A stretch of DNA of 64,000 nucleotides from Acidimicrobiales bacterium (GCA_965115985.1 OZ220474.1:3172504-3236503), one strand, 5' to 3'. Numbered from the stretch's first letter, positions 16,872-25,230 are shown. Translations and numbers: made by a program. The notes: generated by a model from the letters alone, not told the origin.

Positions 16872-17546
16872 CGGGCATCCGATATCGCCGGGTCCACAGA
16901 GCACCAGCGGATCATCCTGGTAGACCTCGAACTCGCACAGGGGCCAACCCGCGGGGGGAGACTCCCATATCCACCACTGCTCGTCGGCCAAAACGGCGGC
17001 CAATTCCGGGTCGGCCTCCACCGTCACCCCGGAATCGCCGGCCTCGGTTCCGGCAGCCACCAGGTTGACCAGGGCGACAGCACAGCCCCCGGGGGTGGCC
17101 GCGAACACTGCCCGGGCCCCCGCGTACGGCCCGTCACCGGACCACATCTCGTGATTGGCCCCGATCCGTATCAACGTCGTGCGGCGGTTGTCCTCATCGG
17201 GTCGGGGGCGCAGCATCGCCGGCGACACCAGGGTGCCCTCGGGCACATCGGTGGTGGCCACGGTACCGTCCAGCTCCGGCTGGGTGATGAAGAGCCCGGC
17301 CAGGTCGGCGGGCACGCTCACGGTGGCGTGCCCCCCGGGGGGATACCCCTCGACCCATCGCTCGACGGTTGCCACCACCGGGACCTCGACTGGACCTTCG
17401 TCGTTGTCGGACAGGGCGAGAATGGTGACCACGGTGATGACCAGCACCGTCCCCGCGGCCATCAGCCGCCACCGGAAACTCACCGGCCAATCCGCCGGCG
17501 ACCATTGGTCCTTTTCCGGGCGGGTCACCATGTGGTCACCTGCCAT
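16854..17546 (-). CDS. CpaB/RcpC-like (SAF-domain) pilus assembly protein candidate
   Basis: N-terminal TM segment LMAAGTVLVITVVTILAL followed by a TDVPEGTLVSPAML SAF-like segment. It lies directly upstream of tadA. The start is 17546 or 17531. Confidence 0.5.
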   Translation of the reverse strand: MAGDHMVTRPEKDQWSPADWPVSFRWRLMAAGTVLVITVVTILALSDNDEGPVEVPVVATVERWVEGYPPGGHATVSVPADLAGLFITQPELDGTVATTDVPEGTLVSPAMLRPRPDEDNRRTTLIRIGANHEMWSGDGPYAGARAVFAATPGGCAVALVNLVAAGTEAGDSGVTVEADPELAAVLADEQWWIWESPPAGWPLCEFEVYQDDPLVLCGPGDIGCPVEGGN

Positions 17547-17613
17547 TGGTCCTTTTCCGGGCGGGTCACCATGTGGTCACCTGCCATTGGTCCTTTTCCG
17601 GGCGGGTCACCAT
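17502..17613. repeat. 2.7 x 41-bp tandem repeat of an ATGGTGA stop/start junction
   Basis: Copies start at 17502, 17543 and 17584. The stop of the 615-aa gene (tca 17607-17609) is in the copy nearest that gene. The cpaB-like starts are in the distal copies. Confidence 0.95.
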
Positions 17614-19454
17614 ATCGTTACCCGTTCGGTCAGATAGTCGTTGGGCTCGCGGAACCAGGACAGATCCTCGGCCAGAACCTCGGTGTGGCGATGGCCCTGT
17701 TCGGAGGTGTATTCGACTTTTAGCTGCCACTCCCAGAAGCCACGCCGAGGAATCACCCACCGACATTTCCCGTAACGTTCCCGCCAATCGGTGGACAGGG
17801 ACAGCACCCCGCCGGTGGGCACGGTCCAGGGGGGCAGTTCCTGGGGCGAGCACCAGACGGTTGCCGGATCGGCCGAGGGGAACGCCGTTCGGAACCATTG
17901 CTTGCGCTGCTGATCCATTCGATCCCATAAATCGGCGGCAGCCCGGGCGGTATCGGCCGCGGCCGTGTTCCCCGGTGATCGCAGTTCGGCCAGCTCGGAA
18001 GCTACGTAGGGGAGCAATTCCCGCAACGACACCCCCACTGCGGTCGCGGTCCACCAGCACCCGTTCACCGGGTTGTCCAGCACATCGAGCGTCGCTCCCG
18101 GTTGCAGGGCCGTCCAGTGACGGACGGGGTTGCCGGGCCCGGAGGCCGCGGTCAAGAACAGTTGCCCACCGGGAACCTCCGGGTGGTGATGGTCGGTGAA
18201 GCCGCCGGCGTAGGGAACAATCGACTCCCACCGCACCCGTTCCCGCAGCGACGTCCGGGTTTGGTCGGTCCACCCCGACGAGCAGACCTTCTCCTCGTCC
18301 TTCTCCGTCGGGGGCGGCGGCAGGTATGGACGAGGAGTGGAAGTCGGGGGCGGAGGGGGCGGCGGCAGATACGGACGAGGAGTGGAAGTGGGTGGCGGAG
18401 GGGGCGGCGGCAGATACGGACGGGGGGTGGAAGTGGGTGGCGGAGGGGGCGGCGGCAGATATGGGCGGGGAGTGGGAGGTGGTGGCGGGGGAGGGGGTGT
18501 CGGAGTTGGGCAGGTCTTGGACATGGTTGCGTGTCTGGGGTGGGGGCCGACCCAGTACAAGGTCCGACCCGCCCTGCCCACGCACGACGGCTCCGATCCT
18601 GATTCCCGCAAGCAGGTGCTGCTGTGGCCGAAGTGCTTGTGGAACCCCGCCGAACAACCAGGATCAGGTGGCGGTGTCGGCGGCGGGGGAGGGGGTGTCG
18701 GAGTTGGGCAGGTCTTGGACATGGTTGCGTGTCTGGGGTGGGGGCCGACCCAGTACAAGGTCCGACCCGCCCTGCCCACGCACGACGGCTCCGACCCCGA
18801 TTCCCGCAAGCAGGTGCTGCTGTGGCCGAAGTGCTTGTGGAACCCCGCCGAACAACCAGGATCAGGTGGTGGTGTCGGCGGCGGAGGTGGTGTGGGGGTC
18901 GGCAGGGCCCGGCAGGTTTTGGACATGGTTGCGTGTCTGGGGTGGGGGCCGACCCAGTACAAGGTCCGACCCGCCCTGCCCACGCACGACGGCTCCGACC
19001 CCGATTCCCGCAAGCAGGTATTGCTATGGCCGAAGTGCTTGTGCAATCCCGCCGAACAACCAGGATCGGGCTTTTGTTGCATGGTGTATCGCCAGAAGTA
19101 CGTCCTCGGTGTCCACCAGTGGCTCCCGGCGGGAAACTCGTACCATGCTCCGGGCGTGTTGGACGCGGGCGGGCTGTGTCCGCACCCCTCGCTGGTACTG
19201 TGAACCACGCAGGTGCTGGAGCGAGCACCCCCGGTGGGCCGTGGGCCATAAGGCGTCCCGGCATACTCGATGAACCGGTTGGTGTGGGTGTACTCGTGGA
19301 TCACTCGCACTCGAGCGGTCCAGCACCACTCACCCACGGATGCGCCGGCGCACGGGGGGAAGTTGAAATTGAACTTCATGTCCGCGGCCACCGGCGCAGC
19401 GACGAATGGCGGGGCCAGCAGGGAGATGACGACGACCGTGACGATCACCCTCAT
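17607..19454 (-). CDS. Secreted Cys/His-rich repeat protein of unknown function
   Basis: Signal peptide MRVIVTVVVISLLAPPFVAAPVAA from ATG 19454. It has three 66-68 aa modules, four 15-aa Pro-rich units and a C-terminal domain of about 230 aa. A longer ORF to 19598 runs through an intergenic repeat. Confidence 0.6.
   Translation of the reverse strand: MRVIVTVVVISLLAPPFVAAPVAADMKFNFNFPPCAGASVGEWCWTARVRVIHEYTHTNRFIEYAGTPYGPRPTGGARSSTCVVHSTSEGCGHSPPASNTPGAWYEFPAGSHWWTPRTYFWRYTMQQKPDPGCSAGLHKHFGHSNTCLRESGSEPSCVGRAGRTLYWVGPHPRHATMSKTCRALPTPTPPPPPTPPPDPGCSAGFHKHFGHSSTCLRESGSEPSCVGRAGRTLYWVGPHPRHATMSKTCPTPTPPPPPPTPPPDPGCSAGFHKHFGHSSTCLRESGSEPSCVGRAGRTLYWVGPHPRHATMSKTCPTPTPPPPPPPPTPRPYLPPPPPPPTSTPRPYLPPPPPPPTSTPRPYLPPPPPPPTSTPRPYLPPPPTEKDEEKVCSSGWTDQTRTSLRERVRWESIVPYAGGFTDHHHPEVPGGQLFLTAASGPGNPVRHWTALQPGATLDVLDNPVNGCWWTATAVGVSLRELLPYVASELAELRSPGNTAAADTARAAADLWDRMDQQRKQWFRTAFPSADPATVWCSPQELPPWTVPTGGVLSLSTDWRERYGKCRWVIPRRGFWEWQLKVEYTSEQGHRHTEVLAEDLSWFREPNDYLTERVTIW
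18309..18473. repeat. In-frame 45-bp repeat x 3.7 (TPRPYLPPPPPPPTS)
   Basis: Coordinates were derived from protein residues 376-430 of ORF 17607-19598. Confidence 0.9.
18474..19067. repeat. In-frame 198/204-bp repeat x 3 (Cys4/His-rich module)
   Basis: The module DPGCSAG(F/L)HKHFGHS(S/N)TCLRESGSEPSCVGRAGRTLYWVGPHPRHATMSKTC plus a Pro/Thr linker is repeated, nearly identical at DNA level. Confidence 0.95.
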
Positions 19455-19466
19455 GACCCGCCTGCC

Positions 19467-19564
19467 TTGGGCATCGCCACCATCGGGGTTGACGCGAGTC
19501 CGAGTCGACCAGGGCGGCGATTCGGCCGTCCTTTGGGCATCGCCACCATCGGGGTTGACGCGAG
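19467..19564. repeat. Duplicated 31-bp segment (period 66 bp) between the lipoprotein gene and the repeat-protein gene
   Basis: ttgggcatcgccaccatcggggttgacgcgag occurs at 19467-19498 and 19533-19564. Confidence 0.9.
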
Positions 19565-19584
19565 CGACGGCCACGTCCGTAGGG

Positions 19585-20568
19585 TCAACACGTCCCATTG
19601 GTGTTCACCCCCACGTGCTGTTGCAATCCGGGCACTGCTCCCGGAGCCTCGGCATTGAGAACCGCGTTCAGGACCCAGTGCTCGGCGCACAACCGGGTCG
19701 TTCCCGGAACCGCCAGATGGGCGGCCAGATCGGCCTCGAACAGCGGACAGGTATCGGTGGCGATGGTCTCCGACGGGGAGTGCCCCTTGAGTTCCAAGCC
19801 CCGGAGCACGACGTCGCGGCACTTCTCGGCGAAGGAACGCCCATCGAGGGGGGTCGGATTCCCGATGGTGGGACACTGGGTCCAGGAGTTGCCCTCCCCA
19901 TCGACCACGTCGTAATCGTCGGAGTACGCCCGCTGTACGCACCCGCGATCGGCACCGTAACGCTGCACAGCGTGCTCCATCAGACCGGCGCTGGTCGTGC
20001 AGCCCAGCACGGCCTGTGACGCCCGTACCTCCTGTGGCCACGACGAGGACAGCGACGGGTCGGCGTGGTGATTGACGCACCGGCTCATCCAGTCCTCGGC
20101 CTCCGGGGGCGGCGGGATCACCCGGAACCCGCCCAGTTCTTCGGCGGTGGCGGGTCGCAGTACCCGGTACTCACCGGGAGAGGTCTCGGTCCACGCGCTT
20201 TCCAGCGACTCGGGGGGCGAGTGGTATTCCCCGCCGGAGCTCCCGCCCTCATCGGTGGCACCGGGAGCGACGTCCTTCCAGTCGGGATCCGACTCCGGCG
20301 GACCGGAGGCGGGGGAGTGGTCGTGGGAGTGGTGGTCGGCCGAGCTCGAAGCGTTGTCGATGCCGGTGTGAGCGTCCGCTCCCGCCCCGTCCAGCAATTC
20401 CTGGTCGGGCGACATCAGCAACACCGCCGCCGTCTCCTGATCCCCGACCGATGAGCTCCCGGACGAGTCTGCACCGGGCCCGCCGCAGCCCGCCAGCACC
20501 AGCACAACCATCACCCAGGCTCGGCAGATGGCACCCATACGTCCGCTCCGTTCGAGATGTTTCGACAA
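19585..20568 (-). CDS. Lipoprotein, Cys-rich, unknown function
   Basis: Lipobox VLVLAGC after a basic N-terminus. It has a His-rich stretch ADHHSHDHS and 12 further Cys residues. An alternative start is Met11 (20538). Confidence 0.6.
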   Translation of the reverse strand: MSKHLERSGRMGAICRAWVMVVLVLAGCGGPGADSSGSSSVGDQETAAVLLMSPDQELLDGAGADAHTGIDNASSSADHHSHDHSPASGPPESDPDWKDVAPGATDEGGSSGGEYHSPPESLESAWTETSPGEYRVLRPATAEELGGFRVIPPPPEAEDWMSRCVNHHADPSLSSSWPQEVRASQAVLGCTTSAGLMEHAVQRYGADRGCVQRAYSDDYDVVDGEGNSWTQCPTIGNPTPLDGRSFAEKCRDVVLRGLELKGHSPSETIATDTCPLFEADLAAHLAVPGTTRLCAEHWVLNAVLNAEAPGAVPGLQQHVGVNTNGTC

Positions 20569-20745
20569 GGGCCGATGGGGCCGATAACTCTGGCGCTAGC
20601 CAGTGGGAGCACCCTAGCTCTCCAACTTTCAGATGTCAACAGCTATTTTCAATAAATTTTTTTATTTCTGAGCAAGGTCTCGGGACGTCGCCCCCAGCAT
20701 CAACGCCGACGGTGCCTTGATCGCACTACGCTCGAACCACCCGGT

Positions 20746-21168
20746 ATGGACAGCACCGTCTCCAAGTTCGACTCGGCCCGCATGGCTCGACAGCGAACTC
20801 GCGACACCGGGCCCGAGATGGTGCTGCGACGAGAGCTTCATCGCCGGGGCCTGCGCTATCGGGTGAGCTACCCGGTTCCGGGGAATCCGAGGAGGTCGAT
20901 CGACATCGCGTTCGTCAAGCCTCGCCTGGCCGTCTTCGTGGACGGCTGCTTCTGGCACGGCTGCCCCACCCACGGAACATGGCCGACCAACAACGCCGAA
21001 TGGTGGAGGAACAAGATCGAGAGGAACCGCAGGCGCGACACCGACACCGATCGCCTCCTTCGAGAGGACGGCTGGGAGCCCCTGCGCTTCTGGGAGCACG
21101 AGGTCGCCGCCGCCGCCGACCGCGTCCAGGCCGCCTATATCCAACGCCTCCGGGCGATCCGCCCATAG
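20746..21168 (+). CDS. vsr: Very short patch repair endonuclease
   Basis: TGPEMVLRRELHRRGLRYRV, IDIAF..AVFVDGCFWHGCP, and the WW-RNKIERNRRRD pattern typical of Vsr. Confidence 0.9.
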   Translation: MDSTVSKFDSARMARQRTRDTGPEMVLRRELHRRGLRYRVSYPVPGNPRRSIDIAFVKPRLAVFVDGCFWHGCPTHGTWPTNNAEWWRNKIERNRRRDTDTDRLLREDGWEPLRFWEHEVAAAADRVQAAYIQRLRAIRP

Positions 21169-21180
21169 GCTCTCGGACGG

Positions 21181-21314
21181 CCATGCCCCGCACCATCCGC
21201 CCATGAGCTCCCGAACAGCCATGCCCCGCACCATCCGCCCATGAGCTCCCGAACAGCCATGCCCCGCACCATCCGCCCATGAGCTCCCGAACAGCCATGC
21301 CCCGCACCATCCGC
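21181..21314. repeat. 3.5 x 38-bp tandem repeat at the vsr/dcm junction
   Basis: Copies start at 21181, 21219 and 21257, with a partial copy at 21295. Each carries atccgcccATGAgc. A more diverged copy at about 21143-21180 supplies the vsr stop (TAG 21166-21168). Confidence 0.95.
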
Positions 21315-22400
21315 TCGATCGACCTGTTCGCCGGAGCGGGTGGCTTGTCGCTGGGGTTCGAACTGGCCAACGAGGAACTGATGGGCATCGGCTTCGAGCC
21401 GGTTTTTGCCGTCGAGCACGATCCCGCGGCCGCCCTGACCTACAAGACCAACTTCGGGGTGGGGGTGTACGACGGTGACATCGAGGGATTGGATCCGATC
21501 ATCTACCCGAACGCGGAGATCGTCATCGGTGGTCCTCCCTGCCAGGGCTTTTCCCCACTCGGTCGCGACCGTGACGACAAGTCCCGTACCCGGTTGAATG
21601 CGCTTTGGGAGCACTATCTAGCTGCGGTGGAGCAAGTGAAGCCGCTGGCTTTCGTGATCGAGAACGTCCCCGAGTTCCAAAAATCCTCCGAGTTCGACGA
21701 ACTGCGCCGGCGGATGGCATCGCACCGCCTGCTTCGGGAGTACGGATACGGGTTCGGGGTGCTGAACGCGGCGGACTACGGGGTGCCCCAAAGCAGGCGT
21801 CGGGGCATCTTCCTCGCGGTAAGAGGCCGAGAGGTTCCCTGGCCTCCACCACCCACCCATGGCCACGGCTCCATCGGACAAGAACCGGTCAGGACGGTGC
21901 GGGATGCCATTGGGGATTTACCACCTGTACCCACCACCGACCGACCAGCCATGAGAGACGGTTTTCAGGATCTGCACATTCGCCGGAACCCTCGCCCGAC
22001 GTCACTGGAGCGGTATCGAGCCATTCCCGAGGGAGGCAACCGGTTCGACCTCCAGCGGAATCGTCCCGACCTGACCCCGGCGTGCTGGGCCAACAAGCCA
22101 ACCGGCACCACCGACGTCATGGGCAGGCTCTGGTGGGACCGGCCGAGCTTCACCATCCGCACCGAGTTCTACAAGCCCGAGAAAGGTCGATATCTGCACC
22201 CCTGCGAAGACCGCCCCATAACTCACCGCGAGGCCGCCCGCCTCCAAACCTTCCCCGACCCGTTCATCTTCGAGGGTACCAAGATCGAGATCGCCCGCCA
22301 GATCGGCAACGCCGTACCCCCTCTACTGGCCAAGGCCATCGCTCTTCACACTGCAAAACTTCTTGTTTCAAAAAGCGACATAAAATTTGTCGCTTTTTGA
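21279..22400 (+). CDS. dcm: DNA (cytosine-5)-methyltransferase
   Basis: Motif I DLFAGAGG, motif IV GGPPCQGFS, motif VI FVIENV, QSRRRGIF, motif X GNAVPPLLA. The start is 21279 or in-frame 21297 (MPRTIRSIDLF). Confidence 0.92.
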   Translation: MSSRTAMPRTIRSIDLFAGAGGLSLGFELANEELMGIGFEPVFAVEHDPAAALTYKTNFGVGVYDGDIEGLDPIIYPNAEIVIGGPPCQGFSPLGRDRDDKSRTRLNALWEHYLAAVEQVKPLAFVIENVPEFQKSSEFDELRRRMASHRLLREYGYGFGVLNAADYGVPQSRRRGIFLAVRGREVPWPPPPTHGHGSIGQEPVRTVRDAIGDLPPVPTTDRPAMRDGFQDLHIRRNPRPTSLERYRAIPEGGNRFDLQRNRPDLTPACWANKPTGTTDVMGRLWWDRPSFTIRTEFYKPEKGRYLHPCEDRPITHREAARLQTFPDPFIFEGTKIEIARQIGNAVPPLLAKAIALHTAKLLVSKSDIKFVAF

Positions 22401-22773
22401 AAGGGTTTTTAGACACATTCGTGATTCTCATCATCCTGTAGTGTTGTATATCAACAACTATAGATTTGGCTGGGATGAGGTCAAACAAATTTTATTGGTT
22501 CCAATAATAGGGTGGTCCCCTCTTTTTATATTTTATCTGTTTGTATTGCGGTCTCGATTAGCTATATTTTTAGGTGGCTGTGTTCTTCTAGTTGGATATC
22601 CGACTACCGTAGAACTGGTCAATTCAAGTATGGATGAAAGTAGCACGGCAGCAATTGGGTTCTTCTCAATTCCGTACTTTATTATATTGCCATCCCTTAT
22701 CTTGGTGGCAATCCTGGATGCTCTTGTGAAGTGGGCTATCTCCAAATGGATGAGTCCACGACACCCTCACTGA
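22387..22773 (+). CDS. Small membrane protein candidate (AT-rich ORF)
   Basis: About 3 predicted TM helices and no ATG start (TTG/GTG only). The 3' end runs into an IS fragment, so it may be a remnant. Confidence 0.3.
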   Translation: MSLFERVFRHIRDSHHPVVLYINNYRFGWDEVKQILLVPIIGWSPLFIFYLFVLRSRLAIFLGGCVLLVGYPTTVELVNSSMDESSTAAIGFFSIPYFIILPSLILVAILDALVKWAISKWMSPRHPH

Positions 22774-22986
22774 CTTCTTTGATCTCCACGCCGATGCTTT
22801 GGAACCACAGGCGGGCTTGCTCGAAGAAGCCGACCAGCGTGTCAGCAGTCTGGTCGTTGAGGGCCTCGACGTAGGCGACGCGGCTGTGGTCGTCCTTCGT
22901 CGGGGTGCGCGTCGGGTACCGCCGGGGCCGCGACGAGCGATCCCACAACACAATGACACCGGAGGCTCACCCAAAAGCCTCAACAA
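22772..22986 (-). pseudogene. IS481-family transposase fragment
   Basis: DDHSRVAYVEALNDQTADTLVGFFEQARLWFQSIGVEIKEV matches the DDE-core region pattern of IS481-type transposases. It is truncated on both sides and frame-broken. Confidence 0.5.
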
Positions 22987-23050
22987 CGTCCATGGACGTT
23001 ACATCAGGCTGCTACGCTGAAGTGGCGATCGTTGAGGAGGGAGGTGTCTG

Positions 23051-24229
23051 ATGAGCGCCGAGACGCTTGTTCCGTCGTATGAGGATGCTGAGCGGGCGGC
23101 ACGCGTTCTGGTCGAGGAGCATGGTGTGGGGTCGGTGGTGCTGTTCGGATCGGTCGCCAACGGCACCGCTAGGGAGGGCAGCGACATAGACATGGTGGCC
23201 GTGTACGACGATCTGGACTACCGGTTCCGCTACGAGCGTTCCAGAGAGTTGGCGGCGGCGGCTCGTGCGCATGCAGGCTGCGAAGTGGATGTGAGGGTGA
23301 CGGACCGCCCGGAGTGGAAGCACCGCACCGAGGTCGTGCGCAATTCGTTCGAGAGCGGAATAGCGGATTCCGCGGTGGTGCTGGTTGACCATCCTCCAGG
23401 TGAAGTCAACTGGGACAAGGAGATAGGCATGCCGGACTCGGAGCAAAGAGAGATCGACCGCCGGTTGAACGACATCCGAAAAGAGCTAGAAGAAATCAAC
23501 AGCCGGTACGTAGCTACGCCTGAGGAGGTTGAGCTTCCATCAACTGACCTGCTTTGGTCTTTGCGGCGACAAGACCGTTTGATAGCTGTTTGTGCTCATG
23601 GAGCTATGGTTGTGGAGCACGGGTTGAAGGCTTTGCTGGCAATGTACAGTGTACCTCCCCCTCGCACTCATTCCGCAACTGAACTGCTGGATATTATTGA
23701 TCAACGACTGGACAACGTTCGCCTTGAAATACCTAGGAGCATGCTGAGGCAAATAGGAACATGGAGACAAGCGGGAACATATGGTGAAACTTTCTACGAA
23801 ATGAATATATCAATAGAAGAATTAAAAGAATTAGCTGCTCAATATTCAGCTATATCAATATCCATTACACGACAAGTAGTAAAGGAATATTCCCAACGCT
23901 ATACTACTCCTGGAAAATATGTTGACCCCCTGATTTACACTTGCGAGAAACTGGAAAAAACAAGAACAGAGCGCGATCTACTCTCAGGTAGCGTTACTGC
24001 AACACGCAAACGGCTTCGTTTGCCTCGAAGGTCCACCAGTTGCATGGCCTTGGCTACCGGTAGAGAGGCCTCCGTCTCTTCGAGCTCGACCTCCACGATC
24101 TTCGGCTCCGATGCCGGCTCGGGCGGTGGGGTGAATTCGGGAGGAGGTAGGGCATCAGGCATGCCTCGACATTACCAAGGCGGCCGGGCCTTGCCTTCTC
24201 TGATAGCGTTGAGAATATATGTTATGTAA
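23051..24229 (+). CDS. Nucleotidyltransferase-domain / HEPN-domain fusion protein
   Basis: The N-terminal segment VVLFGSVANGTAREGSDIDMVAV is a minimal NTase GS..DxD motif. The middle segment AHGAMVVEHGLKALLAMYSVPPPRTHSATELLDII is a HEPN-like helix pair. The last ~80 codons are low-complexity, so the true stop is uncertain. Confidence 0.6.
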   Translation: MSAETLVPSYEDAERAARVLVEEHGVGSVVLFGSVANGTAREGSDIDMVAVYDDLDYRFRYERSRELAAAARAHAGCEVDVRVTDRPEWKHRTEVVRNSFESGIADSAVVLVDHPPGEVNWDKEIGMPDSEQREIDRRLNDIRKELEEINSRYVATPEEVELPSTDLLWSLRRQDRLIAVCAHGAMVVEHGLKALLAMYSVPPPRTHSATELLDIIDQRLDNVRLEIPRSMLRQIGTWRQAGTYGETFYEMNISIEELKELAAQYSAISISITRQVVKEYSQRYTTPGKYVDPLIYTCEKLEKTRTERDLLSGSVTATRKRLRLPRRSTSCMALATGREASVSSSSTSTIFGSDAGSGGGVNSGGGRASGMPRHYQGGRALPSLIALRIYVM

Positions 24230-24360
24230 AGTTAATGCCGACCGGGTTCCGCTCAGGGTTGGTACTCGTGCAGAGCCGGCGGCCATCTGTTGGACCGGAT
24301 CGTGATCATGGAGTTCCCCCGGTTTGGTGGACAGGTTGTTTTGCTGGATTGTAGTGGTGT

Positions 24361-25230
24361 TCATGCGGCTTGGTGGTGGGTGTAGACCTGGGCGGGGGTG
24401 CGGTGGCCCAGTGAGCTGTGGTGGCGTTGGCGGTTGTAGAACACCTCGATGTAGTCGAACAGGATCGTCCGCAGTTGCGCGTGGCAGAGACGCTCCCAGG
24501 GGCCGTGGATGTGGCGGATTTCTTTTTTGAGGGTGGCCCAGAACGATTCCATGGCGGCGTTGTCGTAGCAATCTCCAACGGTTCCCCAGGAGCCGACGAG
24601 GCCGTCCTGGGCGAGGCGGTCGCCGAACGCCATGGAGGTGTATTGGGTTCCGTGGTCGCTGTGGTGCACCAGCCCGGCGCCGGGTCGGCGGCGGGCGATG
24701 GCCATGGCCAAGGCGTCGACGACCAATTCGGTGGTTTGGTGCTCGGCGATGGACCAGCCCACCAGGCTGCGGTCGCAGAGGTCCAGGATTCCCGCCAGGT
24801 GGACTTTGGTGTCGGCGCAACCGAACGAGCCTATGTCGGCCACCCATTTGCGGTCGGGCACCTCGGCGGTGAAGTCCCGGTCCAAAAGATCGGCGGCGGG
24901 CACCGTTTTGGTGCCGGGATCGTGGCGGCGACGGGGGGAACACGCCCCCACCAGCCGGTTCGCTCGCATCAGGCGGGCCACCCGGTTGCGGCCCACGCGG
25001 CGGCCGCGGTGGCGGAGCTGCTCGTGGACCCTCGGGGAGCCGTAGGTGCGTCTCGAGGTCTGGTGGATCTCGCGGATCTCGACCAAAAGCTTGGTGTCGG
25101 AGGTCTCACGCTTGGAGGGGCGTCTTTTGGCCCAGGCGTAGAACCCCGAGCGGCACACCCCGGTGACGCGGCACAAATCGGTGACCCGGTACTCGGCTCG
25201 GTGATCCGGGACGAACCGGTAGCCGATCAC
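24361..25230 (-). CDS. IS3-family transposase OrfB (DDE integrase domain)
   Basis: rve-type pattern: WVADI...H(S)D(H)G.QYTS....NAAMESFWATLKKE. It overlaps orfA as expected for frameshift fusion. Confidence 0.9.
   Translation of the reverse strand: MIGYRFVPDHRAEYRVTDLCRVTGVCRSGFYAWAKRRPSKRETSDTKLLVEIREIHQTSRRTYGSPRVHEQLRHRGRRVGRNRVARLMRANRLVGACSPRRRHDPGTKTVPAADLLDRDFTAEVPDRKWVADIGSFGCADTKVHLAGILDLCDRSLVGWSIAEHQTTELVVDALAMAIARRRPGAGLVHHSDHGTQYTSMAFGDRLAQDGLVGSWGTVGDCYDNAAMESFWATLKKEIRHIHGPWERLCHAQLRTILFDYIEVFYNRQRHHSSLGHRTPAQVYTHHQAA

Noticed and set aside
20569-20745. tRNA or small RNA gene at the island's left edge, as a possible integration target.
   Set aside because: No cloverleaf-compatible stems, no conserved T-loop (GTTCGAATC-like) and no anticodon-arm pattern were found by eye. 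No tRNA or rRNA was recognised anywhere in the window.
23935-24162. 75-aa minus-strand ORF (MPDALPPPEFTPPPEP...) convergent with the NTase-HEPN gene.
   Set aside because: It has no recognisable domain, it overlaps the low-complexity tail of the plus-strand ORF, and neither reading can be supported from sequence alone. It might be a fragment of a gene disrupted by the IS3 insertion.
23051-24229. Assigning a catalytic Rx4-6H HEPN RNase motif to the fusion protein.
   Set aside because: Only RLIAVCAH (an x6 spacing) fits loosely. The clearer similarity is to the non-catalytic HEPN helix pattern, so no RNase activity is claimed.
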